DNA of 64,000 bases from Candidatus Bathyarchaeota archaeon (GCA_963775465.1 CAVZIW010000013.1:32001-96000), one strand, 5' to 3'. Counted from the stretch's first letter, positions 29,739-38,310 are shown. Notes: generated by a model from the sequence alone, not told the origin. Made by a program: numbers and translations.

Positions 29739-30041
29739 ATGGCAGATTTGAATAAACCAAAAAGGGTCAGATTAGATGTTAAAGCTACTCCAGTGAAAGA
29801 AGTACCGGAAGGCAAAAAGATAGCGAGGAGACCAGAATATGATGAGGCATTCAATAAGATCATGGACAGCCCAGAGAAGATTTTCAAGGTTGAAGTAGAA
29901 GGCAGAACAGTAAAGACAATGTATGCTCCATTTGCTTCCAGAGTAAAAGCATACAATAGAAAACCAGACAGAAAATTCAATGCACAACTCAAAATAAGAA
30001 GCAAAGAAATCTACATTGTTAAAGTAGCTAAGTCAAACTAG
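29739..30041 (+). CDS. Small basic hypothetical protein
   Basis: Lys/Arg-rich 100-aa ORF followed by T-runs. Confidence 0.7.
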   Translation: MADLNKPKRVRLDVKATPVKEVPEGKKIARRPEYDEAFNKIMDSPEKIFKVEVEGRTVKTMYAPFASRVKAYNRKPDRKFNAQLKIRSKEIYIVKVAKSN

Positions 30042-30232
30042 AATAATCTTTTTTCTACTTTTTTAGGCAACTTCTTTTTGAGTAAATTTCCTTTATTCTC
30101 CAAAACTATTCTTTAATAAAAAATAACTCACAACAAAATCAAGATACTCATTTTTTCAATACTTATAGCATTTTTATGTTGGTTGAAGTCTTATCCTTGT
30201 TAACTAATGAAGAGAATTTTAATGGAGAATAA

Positions 30233-30388
30233 TTATTTGATCTTCTTTTTTATAAAGATTGGAGCATCCTTTATCAATTTGCGGCAGTCATTACATACAA
30301 TGGGCTTATGAACATAGTCTTTCAATATATGATAACTTGTTGTTTTCTTCGTTTCTGAAATTTTCTTTCCACACCAATCGCAAATCAT
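30233..30388 (-). CDS. Zn-finger microprotein (51 aa), not in the ORF track
   Basis: MICDWCGKKISETKKTTSYHILKDYVHKPIVCNDCRKLIKDAPIFIKKKIK; AGGTG RBS. Confidence 0.75.
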   Translation of the reverse strand: MICDWCGKKISETKKTTSYHILKDYVHKPIVCNDCRKLIKDAPIFIKKKIK

Positions 30389-30584
30389 TAAGACACCTTA
30401 TGGAAACTTATGGATTTTGAAGTTCTTCTTTTGCCCACCATGAGCATTAGATTTAAGGTTTAAAAGGTATATTTCTAAAAACAGCATATTTCAGAAAAAA
30501 TCAAGCAAATGTTTTGGGTCAGATTCCATAAGCTCCGAGAATAGTTATTCGGGGTTTTTAGCTGCGTTGGAAATTTATAGCGTT

Positions 30585-30968
30585 CTAGACTTTTGGATTA
30601 GAGTTATTTTTACTCAAGTTTTCCTTGACCCTGAACCTAACAATTTCTTTAACTAAATCAAAAGGGATAGGTTCATCTAATGGAAATCTAATTGTGCCCT
30701 TGCTGGTTTTGTAGGAATTTAGTTTTTCTTTGAAGGCTTCGACACCTGATGAGGTGGGAAAAAAGCTTATATGATCTTTAAAAGCTGCAAAATGAACCAA
30801 GTTGCCATTTAGCTTGTAAGTTGGAATCTGATAGCTGATAGCCTCTTCAGCTTGAGGCGCAACATCTTTAACGGCTTTCCTTAGTGCCTTTAAAATATTC
30901 TGGACATCTTTAGGGAATAGATTGACGTATTCATCTATCGTTTTGAAGATTTTCTTGGACATTGACAA
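30585..30968 (-). CDS. DUF1801 / YdhG-like protein
   Basis: TIDEY, EEAISYQIPTY, VHFAAFKDHISFFP, SKGTIRFPLDEPIP. Confidence 0.88.
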   Translation of the reverse strand: MSMSKKIFKTIDEYVNLFPKDVQNILKALRKAVKDVAPQAEEAISYQIPTYKLNGNLVHFAAFKDHISFFPTSSGVEAFKEKLNSYKTSKGTIRFPLDEPIPFDLVKEIVRFRVKENLSKNNSNPKV

Positions 30969-31172
30969 TTGAATCCCCTAAAAATAATATTCTTTGGTAA
31001 TTTATTTCCTTATTTCCCTTCTCTCCAAAAGTAGTGCTTAATGGTCAATATGTTGTTGCTTTCTTTTCTTAGGTGAGTCCAATATCGCATGCCCAAGGGA
31101 TTGGAATGGATATGGCAAACAAAAAACAGATTGATTCTTGAATCTTTCCTAAACAAGTTAGTGATCAAAGAA

Positions 31173-31305
31173 GGGGGTTTGTGAGTTCAGGGTTGTTAAC
31201 TTCACGCAGATAAAAAACCCTGTACAAAGGAGAATACGGGGAAAATGGCATCTGCTTTTGGTTAATACCTGACTCACAACCGCATGAGGTATTTGCATTT
31301 TCTCC
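31173..31305 (+). ncRNA. Putative structured RNA (nested stems, alternative fold)
   Basis: Three nested helices plus a competing pair of helices; G-U pairs favour the + strand. Confidence 0.45.
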
Positions 31306-31612
31306 ATTTAATATTTGAATCTGAAAAGGATTAATAACAATATGTGATTGCGCTCATACAGCAACAAATGGAGTACAACTCTAACTTCTGTATTAACCAG
31401 TTTAATCTGTGTCATCTAATTTTTGATTCTAACTCTGCAAGGCAAGCAATTTTTTGTCAAATACGGAAGAGTGCCATAATCAGGGATTGAAACATAAAGG
31501 CCTACCTGCTAACAAAACATCAATTCTGAATCATTTGTAATTTAATAATAGAGTTTGATAAAATCTTATATGTAAGTTGGATTAAAAATAGTTATCAATT
31601 TAAGGTGATGCT

Positions 31613-31900
31613 ATGCCAACTGAAAAAGAAATCACAGTATACGGAGAAAAAGCATTAGAAGTGGTTGATGTACTTAATTCTACAACCCTTAAAATCCTTA
31701 AATCCGCAAGGAAAACGCCCATAAATATCACAACACTATCTAAAGACCTGAACCTAAGTGAACCCTACATAAGTGAACAGGTAAGAGCCCTGGAAGATCT
31801 GGGACTAGTAAGCATAACATATGAACAAGGCAAGAGAGGAATAAGCAAAATCAGTGCTTCTGCCCTTGAGAAAATCACAATAATCCTAAAAGATGAATAA
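31613..31900 (+). CDS. ArsR-like HTH regulator
   Basis: INITTLSKDLNLSEPYISEQVRALEDLGLV; AGGTGA RBS. Confidence 0.85.
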   Translation: MPTEKEITVYGEKALEVVDVLNSTTLKILKSARKTPINITTLSKDLNLSEPYISEQVRALEDLGLVSITYEQGKRGISKISASALEKITIILKDE

Positions 31901-32118
31901 CCTCTATCTTTAAAATAAACCAAATAAAGTATGCAGACAGATGTTAAGACGAAGATCAGAGTCATGGAAAGCAATTTTTATGGAAATTTATTCTTAATAT
32001 GCTCACTATGCAACTGACTGGTCAAAAAAAACTTAAGCAACAAGTACATTATAGTAATTGCAGATAGTTTGATGATAACTTTATCTTTCTAGTTTTGCGC
32101 TTACCATGCATCTAGATT

Positions 32119-32388
32119 TTGAGAGGTGATGTAATATTGAAGGTGTTTGATGCGATGATATTAAAAAGAGAAATGCAGACTAATTGCAGATTAGACGTAA
32201 AGATTCTTGATACTTCGAAAGATGGTCTTATCTTGAGAATTATGGAAAACATAGTTGATAAGGATTCTCTCGAGCTTATAAGAGATTTTGTTAACCGACA
32301 TAAACTTAATATTTTATTAGATAATGGGGTTTACTTCATTTCTAAGGAAAGCCTTTCCCCATATGAGCCTACCTATTTATCAGAATAG
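32119..32388 (+). CDS. Hypothetical protein
   Basis: 89-aa ORF; internal GAGGTGA RBS suggests a start a few codons later. Confidence 0.6.
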   Translation: MRGDVILKVFDAMILKREMQTNCRLDVKILDTSKDGLILRIMENIVDKDSLELIRDFVNRHKLNILLDNGVYFISKESLSPYEPTYLSE

Positions 32389-32760
32389 CGTGATCCAAGT
32401 TTATAAACGGGCAATGAACCGTAAAATTCCAATTTGAGAAAGGCAATTTGGATTGTTGTCTTTTTTTGAAGTCACATATACTCTTTTTGTTAATTTGAAT
32501 ATTTTTAAGAAGGTAGTTGCAGTTGGCTGAATGTCCTTGCTGTGGCAAATAAAATGAGAAACCAGAAAGGACACTTAATAATCATTTTTTTACCCTTGAA
32601 GCATATGTTTGCAATTGTTGTGGTAGACATTTTCACATTCAAAAATAGAAATACAAAACTAATTCGGGACAGAATAACTAAGCGCTCCCTAAGTGTAGTA
32701 TCAAAATGTAGCCACAAACTCTTTAATTATTTTTTACAAATAATTGTTTCTAGTGATTTT

Positions 32761-32946
32761 ATGGCAGAGCCAGTTTTTGAATGGTATTGCGATAAGGCAG
32801 GAAAGTTCAGGTTCAGACTAAAAGCTGCCAACGGAGAAATAATTGCAGTCAGCGAAGCCTACCAATCCAAAGAAGGATGCGTAAACGGAATAGAATCAAT
32901 CAAAAAGAATGCTCCAATCGCAAAAATAGTAGAAGCCAAAGAATAA
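32761..32946 (+). CDS. YegP/DUF1508-family protein
   Basis: FEWY.DKAGKFRFRLKAANGEIIA.SEAY.SK..C.NGIESIKKNA; start at ATG 32761. Confidence 0.9.
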   Translation: MAEPVFEWYCDKAGKFRFRLKAANGEIIAVSEAYQSKEGCVNGIESIKKNAPIAKIVEAKE

Positions 32947-32999
32947 GAAAACAAAATGTTTAATCCACCTTCTTCTCTTTTTTGCTTCAAAACATTAGT

Positions 33000-33317
33000 T
33001 CAGAATTTAATTTGTCTTAATTCTTGCTCCAAACAGTCAAATAGAGGGGCATCTTGTTTTACAAGTATAATAAATGTCTCCTTGAACTGGAAAATACGTG
33101 CTTCAACATTTTTATTATTAAAACCAAGTCCATACTCTTCTCTAGTGCTTATCATGCCAGGAGTTGTCTGCAACAAATTCACCATACGCAAAAAGTCCCT
33201 ATCATCAAAGGTAAAAGCATAAACTTCAGGAATTGGCTTATCTGAAAGTTTTTTCCAAACATTGATAAGAATTCTATCAGAAACTTGATCAGTAGACGGA
33301 AGTTGAGGCAACTGCAA
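33000..33317 (-). CDS. Hypothetical protein (possible degenerate zincin)
   Basis: 105-aa ORF with GAGG RBS; FIILV...CLEQELRQI. Confidence 0.55.
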   Translation of the reverse strand: MQLPQLPSTDQVSDRILINVWKKLSDKPIPEVYAFTFDDRDFLRMVNLLQTTPGMISTREEYGLGFNNKNVEARIFQFKETFIILVKQDAPLFDCLEQELRQIKF

Positions 33318-33520
33318 AACGATATCCTCACATTGATTGATATAATATTCGTGTAAAGCAATTGTTTAAAATGTTACTGTAATTTGACGGATTTATCTCA
33401 TCAGTTTACTAATATTTTTCTCATAACTTTAAAGCTTAAGCCAAAATTTGGGAAAATAGTTTTTGAAATATTTCTATTTCTGAAATATGCCTTTTAAGCT
33501 TTAGAATCAATTTCATTATA

Positions 33521-33590
33521 TGAGGAGAAAGGAAACCTTCATCAAAGAAGGAAACCCTCGCCTAAAGAGAGGAAGCACCTCTCTTTATTA
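33521..33590 (+). ncRNA. Putative small RNA / hairpin cluster
   Basis: TTTTAAG TATA-like box about 28 nt upstream; GAGG/CCTC, CCTTC/GAAGG and a perfect 10-bp TAAAGAGAGG/CCTCTCTTTA stem. Confidence 0.35.
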
Positions 33591-33688
33591 TTTAATACTT
33601 GCCGGCATTCATAAATGAAAAAAAGATTTGTTGTCTCCTTTTGCAATCACATATGCTCTTATTCTACTTTGAGTTGAATCTTTTGGAG

Positions 33689-33841
33689 ATGTTGTTGGTT
33701 CACTGTCATAGTTGTGGGAAGGAAGTTGAAAAACCTTCAAGAATACTGAAGAACTATAGCTTTACTATTCACGCCTATAACTGTGAAAAATGTCACCATA
33801 ACTTCAAAGTCAAAATAAACCAATCAGAATATATTGTTTGA
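33689..33841 (+). CDS. Small Zn-ribbon protein (Cren7-like pattern)
   Basis: VHCHSCGKEVEKPSR...FTIHAYNCEKCHHNFKV; paralog at 36999. Confidence 0.75.
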   Translation: MLLVHCHSCGKEVEKPSRILKNYSFTIHAYNCEKCHHNFKVKINQSEYIV

Positions 33842-34011
33842 GCTAATGTGATGCTCCATAACTAATTTTTAAGGTTTCAGTTGATTTGTATATTTGCTGT
33901 ATTTTAAATCAAAATATTAATGGTCAAATTATTGTTCTTATCTGTTCCTCCTTTGGAACGGTTTGTTCCATAATGAGAGTAATAAGATACAATCTGTCTA
34001 GATAGTATTGT

Positions 34012-34542
34012 ATGCAAATCAAAAAACCTAAGAGACTAAGCCTAATTACTGTAATGATGATTTCCCTAAGTGTTGCATTAATCTACACAGCAACAAATAA
34101 CAATCTAGCTTTTGCACCAGCTCCCATATCATCTTCAACACCCTCAGCATACTCAAAATCGGATCCCAAACCAGTAAATATAGAAGTAAAGGTTACACCT
34201 TGGGGAAATATGTATAGAGAAGAACCTGACACCAAAGCAGATTTCGATGTTGAATTGGTATATCCCAACCAAAATGAAAACTTTACAACTAACTCTTTTA
34301 CCGTAGTTGTAAACGCAGGTGCATACTTCTGGATTGTTGAAAAAGCCCACTATACCAGTGACTTATTCTCTGGCGAAAGATGGATAAACATCAGCAAAAC
34401 ACAATACTCAGTAGACCTGCAGAAAACTTTCACATTTAACCTGACAAATGTACCAGAGGGTAATCATTATTTGACATTAACGGTAATATTTCATGAGGGA
34501 ACCTGGAACAACGCTACAGCATTTTTTAATGTTTTAAAATAA
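34012..34542 (+). CDS. Secreted/membrane-anchored beta-rich hypothetical
   Basis: Signal peptide, S/P linker, LTNVPEGNHYLTL Ig-like end. Confidence 0.8.
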   Translation: MQIKKPKRLSLITVMMISLSVALIYTATNNNLAFAPAPISSSTPSAYSKSDPKPVNIEVKVTPWGNMYREEPDTKADFDVELVYPNQNENFTTNSFTVVVNAGAYFWIVEKAHYTSDLFSGERWINISKTQYSVDLQKTFTFNLTNVPEGNHYLTLTVIFHEGTWNNATAFFNVLK

Positions 34543-34986
34543 GATGAATCTGGTTAGCCCTCATAGTGAAAATCCTATTTTCTTTTTTGTTGTTTATTCA
34601 AGTGGTATTTTATTCGTATTTAATGTAAAGTCTCTCCATTTATCATGGAAGTAGCTGAAGAGGCTCAAAAACTTGATCAGTATAGAAATACATGTTTCTA
34701 GGCATTTCAAAGCCTATTTTCATATTTTACTATAGATTTTCATGTTGAGTTGGCACCCTGATTAGAAGAAATATACTCTGGCAGGAAAGAGAATACTTGA
34801 AATGCAAGAAAGAAACATACACATAGGAAGATACAGAAAGATAAAAGAGACAGTTATCAAAAGCTATCTGTAAAATAGTTTATAGAGTGTTTTTCGTTGA
34901 TTTTCTAGGGAAATAAGATGTTTTATGATGTATCACAGATTAGGGCGCATATTTAGAGCATATTCTTTGATTTAGACTTCTGTGTT

Positions 34987-35823
34987 CTAAACTGTGGAGT
35001 TATCAGGCTTAGTTACGCTTCTCTTCAGATGCCTCACATACAGCACCAGAGAGATAACAATTATCACCAAGATGGCAATAGTTGCCAAGGCTAACGATGT
35101 TATCTGTGAAGTAGTGCTATTGTCTACTGGGATAGTATTTGTTGGTGTTGGAGTTGTTGTTGGATTAGACGATGGATTTGGAGTAGAGGTGGAAACAGAG
35201 CCTTCAGGAATAATAATTGTTTGTGTGTTACTCCAATCGCTTGTTTCACCTGTATAGACGTAATAGTCATACGTTCTTGGGTCAAATTCAGTGGGGGTAG
35301 TTTTGAGGATTGTTTGATATCCTATGAATGCTTGAACTTGAAAATCTACTTGGCCAGCAATGGGGAAACCCTCTATTTTCCAAGCATAATAATCGCTTCC
35401 ATTATTTGAACTGAAACCGAAATCAATAATATCGTATTCATGTCTTGTTGCTTCAAAATAATATCCTACAGGATAATAGCGCCAGTAGTCTCCATAATGA
35501 CCCTTCGAGCTGACATTATACCATAAATTGATGTAGTTACCATTCGTATCTTTGAATGTGGTGAAAGGCGAATTCTTAATAATGAATTCTATCGATATAT
35601 TTTGTACATAGTAACCCGCTTGGATTATAATAGTTCTTCCGGTATAGGCGTCTGTACCATAAGTTGGCGGTACATCATATGAATTATCCACGTATTTTAA
35701 AGTGAATTCTGGAACAGAAGGTTTAGGTATTGCCTGAGCAGAAACAAATTCAACCATTATCAGACCTGAGAGTGTTAAGAGGGTTACAAGCAAAATAGAG
35801 AGAACTCTACCCAAACAGCTCAT
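34987..35823 (-). CDS. Secreted protein with C-terminal TM anchor
   Basis: Signal peptide, IPKPSVPEFTLK, ETSDWSNTQTI, P/T/S linker, TM. Confidence 0.85.
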   Translation of the reverse strand: MSCLGRVLSILLVTLLTLSGLIMVEFVSAQAIPKPSVPEFTLKYVDNSYDVPPTYGTDAYTGRTIIIQAGYYVQNISIEFIIKNSPFTTFKDTNGNYINLWYNVSSKGHYGDYWRYYPVGYYFEATRHEYDIIDFGFSSNNGSDYYAWKIEGFPIAGQVDFQVQAFIGYQTILKTTPTEFDPRTYDYYVYTGETSDWSNTQTIIIPEGSVSTSTPNPSSNPTTTPTPTNTIPVDNSTTSQITSLALATIAILVIIVISLVLYVRHLKRSVTKPDNSTV

Positions 35824-35966
35824 AGATGCAATATGGAAACTTTGATAATTAAAGCCTTATCGTAAAGGATCCTTGACCATCCTTAGTCAAAGTTTCTTTA
35901 CTAAAAAGTAGAAGCAAACCTAATTCTCCCAAATAATTCTTTAAATGATTAGCTGAATTGCTTATT

Positions 35967-36242
35967 TCAGTTTACAGAGATGTGATTTTTTTGCAGTTTA
36001 ATTTTACCGTGAAAAACAAGGTATGAAAAAATTGCAATTGCTGACCCCACAACACTAATCAAAATACCAACATGGAATCTTGGATAAGTAGTGATTACTT
36101 GATTGTTTAAAGTTATTATTTCAGTAGTTGAAGAGGCATTTAAGATGCCACTTACAATAAGAATAACACCTAATAACAGAAGTAAGGGTGCAATTATTCT
36201 TCTAAATACCCCAATCAAGTCAATTGAAGAGTTATTTAACAT
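35967..36242 (-). CDS. Small 2-TM membrane protein
   Basis: Two hydrophobic helices. Confidence 0.65.
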   Translation of the reverse strand: MLNNSSIDLIGVFRRIIAPLLLLLGVILIVSGILNASSTTEIITLNNQVITTYPRFHVGILISVVGSAIAIFSYLVFHGKIKLQKNHISVN

Positions 36243-36386
36243 ATTTAGCCCTTCAACAACACTACATTCAAACTATCTCTTAACTTTTATTGTACACGAA
36301 TACAACGTTCCAAAATTGTTCTTTAATGGTCATTAAATAGCTCCTCTAGCACCCAGGTCAGCTCCAAGTAAAGGAATTGATTTAGA

Positions 36387-36596
36387 ATGAGAATTATATG
36401 TGAAGTATGTAAGTTGGAAGGTTACCTTCAGCAACTAGGCAACTACAGTAGAGTACGCCACTACAGAGGCAAAGGCAAATTCTACTATCACCAGCAAACC
36501 AGAGATTGGGTTCAAACTCAACTACGTAACATTGAACAATTGAACACCACAACAGATCAAAATACAGAGTTAACTGTTCAAACCACTCCCAGTTGA
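36387..36596 (+). CDS. Small CxxC/His protein upstream of tRNA (possible integrase N-fragment)
   Basis: CEVC..EGYLQ...RVRHY...FYYH; AAGGA RBS. Confidence 0.65.
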   Translation: MRIICEVCKLEGYLQQLGNYSRVRHYRGKGKFYYHQQTRDWVQTQLRNIEQLNTTTDQNTELTVQTTPS

Positions 36597-36652
36597 AGGT
36601 TGCAATAAACTTAAATCAAGCTTAGATAATCCAAATACAAGCAAAACCAAGA

Positions 36653-36731
36653 GCGGCCGTCGTCTAGTCTGGTTTAGGACTTTAGCCTTCCAAGCTAATG
36701 ATCCCGGGTTCAAATCCCGGCGACCGCACCA
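36653..36731 (+). tRNA. tRNA-Gly(TCC), CCA encoded
   Basis: Acceptor GCGGCCG/CGACCGC, anticodon stem TTAGC/GCTAA with TCC at 36689-36691, T arm CCGGG-TTCAAAT-CCCGG. Confidence 0.96.
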
Positions 36732-36998
36732 ACTATTTACAATAATTAGGACTCATTTGAGCTTATTTGGCTCAGGCTCTGACCTTATTATTTTTCGTTA
36801 AGAAACTTGGGTTCTTTGAAGCCTTTATCGTCTAAAGATTAACTCCTTCTCACATAGCGTGGACTTTTCGCCATAATATTGGTAGACAACAGAAGGTTAT
36901 TGTAAATACTTCACAACCTAATTTGTAAGTAAAAATTGAAACAAATAGTGCATAATCCTTTTATCGCACGTTAAAACCATGCATAAAAGTGGATCAAA

Positions 36999-37157
36999 AT
37001 GGTAAAGTGCCCTCGATGCAGAGCGGACTTTTGCAAACTCCAAAGCAAAATGGAAAACTCTTACTTCGCCGTAAACATTCATAGTTGCGATAAATGTCAT
37101 CACGTCTTCAAAGTATTTCGCGTCAAATACCCAACAACTAATCCTCGTTTAAGCTGA
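36999..37157 (+). CDS. Small Zn-ribbon protein (52 aa), not in the ORF track
   Basis: MVKCPRCRADFCKLQSKMENSYFAVNIHSCDKCHHVFKVFRVKYPTTNPRLS; aligns with the 33689 ORF. Confidence 0.75.
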   Translation: MVKCPRCRADFCKLQSKMENSYFAVNIHSCDKCHHVFKVFRVKYPTTNPRLS

Positions 37158-37575
37158 CAGATGTTTCTAGCCCGTTCTATCCCATCCCCGAAACAACTAT
37201 TGCCCAGCGCAACGTATGTTGTTTAAAGGATACATAAAATCTTTCTAAAAAAGCGCAATAGCTATTTTTGTTACCCAATCTTACGTACTAACCGAATTGA
37301 ACTTGTAGATCACAAAGACTTTTTGAGAATAATTTGAATTGGCAAGCATCTTCAACTTTGGCTGAACAACAAAGAAGTAGCCACTTTACCCAATTATTCA
37401 GCAAATAAACAGGTCCAAGTTCCGGGTAAACGCGAAAATTCAATAATTCTGGCTTATATAGATCAGTCAATTTTCGTGCTAACTTTTGACTTCAATTTGA
37501 TAAGAACAGAAGAGCGATCGAAAAAGTGAAAAGCAACGCTTTACTGATTAGAGGTAATTGATGGTGACTTTAAAA

Positions 37576-37779
37576 ATGAGTGATATTGTAAATATGGCAG
37601 CTATTCAGTTAAACGGCGATAAACAAAATTTCATCCTAGACAAGAAAGACTTCAAAACAGGAAGTCGGGGATATTATGGAACCGGTAAGATGGTTGCAGC
37701 GGGCAAAAAATATCAAATAAGTATTCAAGCAGTAGAAATCGGTTCTAAACCTAAACCTGAAGAAGAGAAGAAAAAGTAG
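37576..37779 (+). CDS. Small basic beta-strand protein
   Basis: KDFKTGSRGYYGTGK...KYQI...IGSKP; GGTGA RBS. Confidence 0.8.
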   Translation: MSDIVNMAAIQLNGDKQNFILDKKDFKTGSRGYYGTGKMVAAGKKYQISIQAVEIGSKPKPEEEKKK

Positions 37780-37806
37780 AGTTTATTCTTTCTAATTTTT
37801 GTTTTT

Positions 37807-38310
37807 CTAAGGCAAGACTGTTGCGTTAAGAATCGAGACAACTTTGCGTGGTTTATCTCTTGCGTCAGTAGCTACTCTACCGATTGCGTCAACAACATCC
37901 ATTCCATCAATGACTTTGCCAAACTGCGGATGCTTGCTGTCTAAGTAGTTGTTATTCACCAAGTTGATGAAGAATTGGCTGCTCCCTGTGTCTGGTCCTG
38001 CATTTGCCATAGCGATGGTGCCTCTATCATTGCGGTTTTTTCTTGTAAATTCGTCTTTAATATCCGGTATCGATTGATCGCCACATCCGGTCCCTGTTGG
38101 ATCTCCGCCTTGAATCATAAATCCATCAATAACGCGGTGGAAGATTGTTCCGTTGTATGTTCCGCTTTGGACCAGATTCTTGAAGTTATCTGTCGTAATG
38201 GGCATGTCGTTGCGCAGTTGAATTGTTACGTCGCCCATGCTTGTGTGAAGTAAGATTCTTGGCCCATTTGCGTATTCATCTAGGGATTGGTTTGCTTTTT
38301 GTCCTGACAT
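37807..38310 (-). CDS. Cyclophilin-type peptidyl-prolyl isomerase
   Basis: FHRVIDGFMIQGGDP, AMANAGP..GSSQFFIN, FGKV..GMDVV. Confidence 0.95.
   Translation of the reverse strand: MSGQKANQSLDEYANGPRILLHTSMGDVTIQLRNDMPITTDNFKNLVQSGTYNGTIFHRVIDGFMIQGGDPTGTGCGDQSIPDIKDEFTRKNRNDRGTIAMANAGPDTGSSQFFINLVNNNYLDSKHPQFGKVIDGMDVVDAIGRVATDARDKPRKVVSILNATVLP

Larger units (their letters stand above)
28320..36652. mobile_element. AT-rich accessory island / decayed integrated element abutting tRNA-Gly
   Basis: Visibly lower GC and coding density, short hypotheticals, ends at the tRNA 5' end; no integrase or att repeat found, boundaries approximate. Confidence 0.45.

Noticed and set aside
34644-34878. Stop-interrupted reading frame, possible pseudogene or integrase remnant
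   Set aside because: No recognisable tyrosine-recombinase or other motif
36760-36875. Minus-strand MAKSP...CEKEL fragment resembling a decayed Zn finger
   Set aside because: Needs a frameshift and substitutions; unsupported
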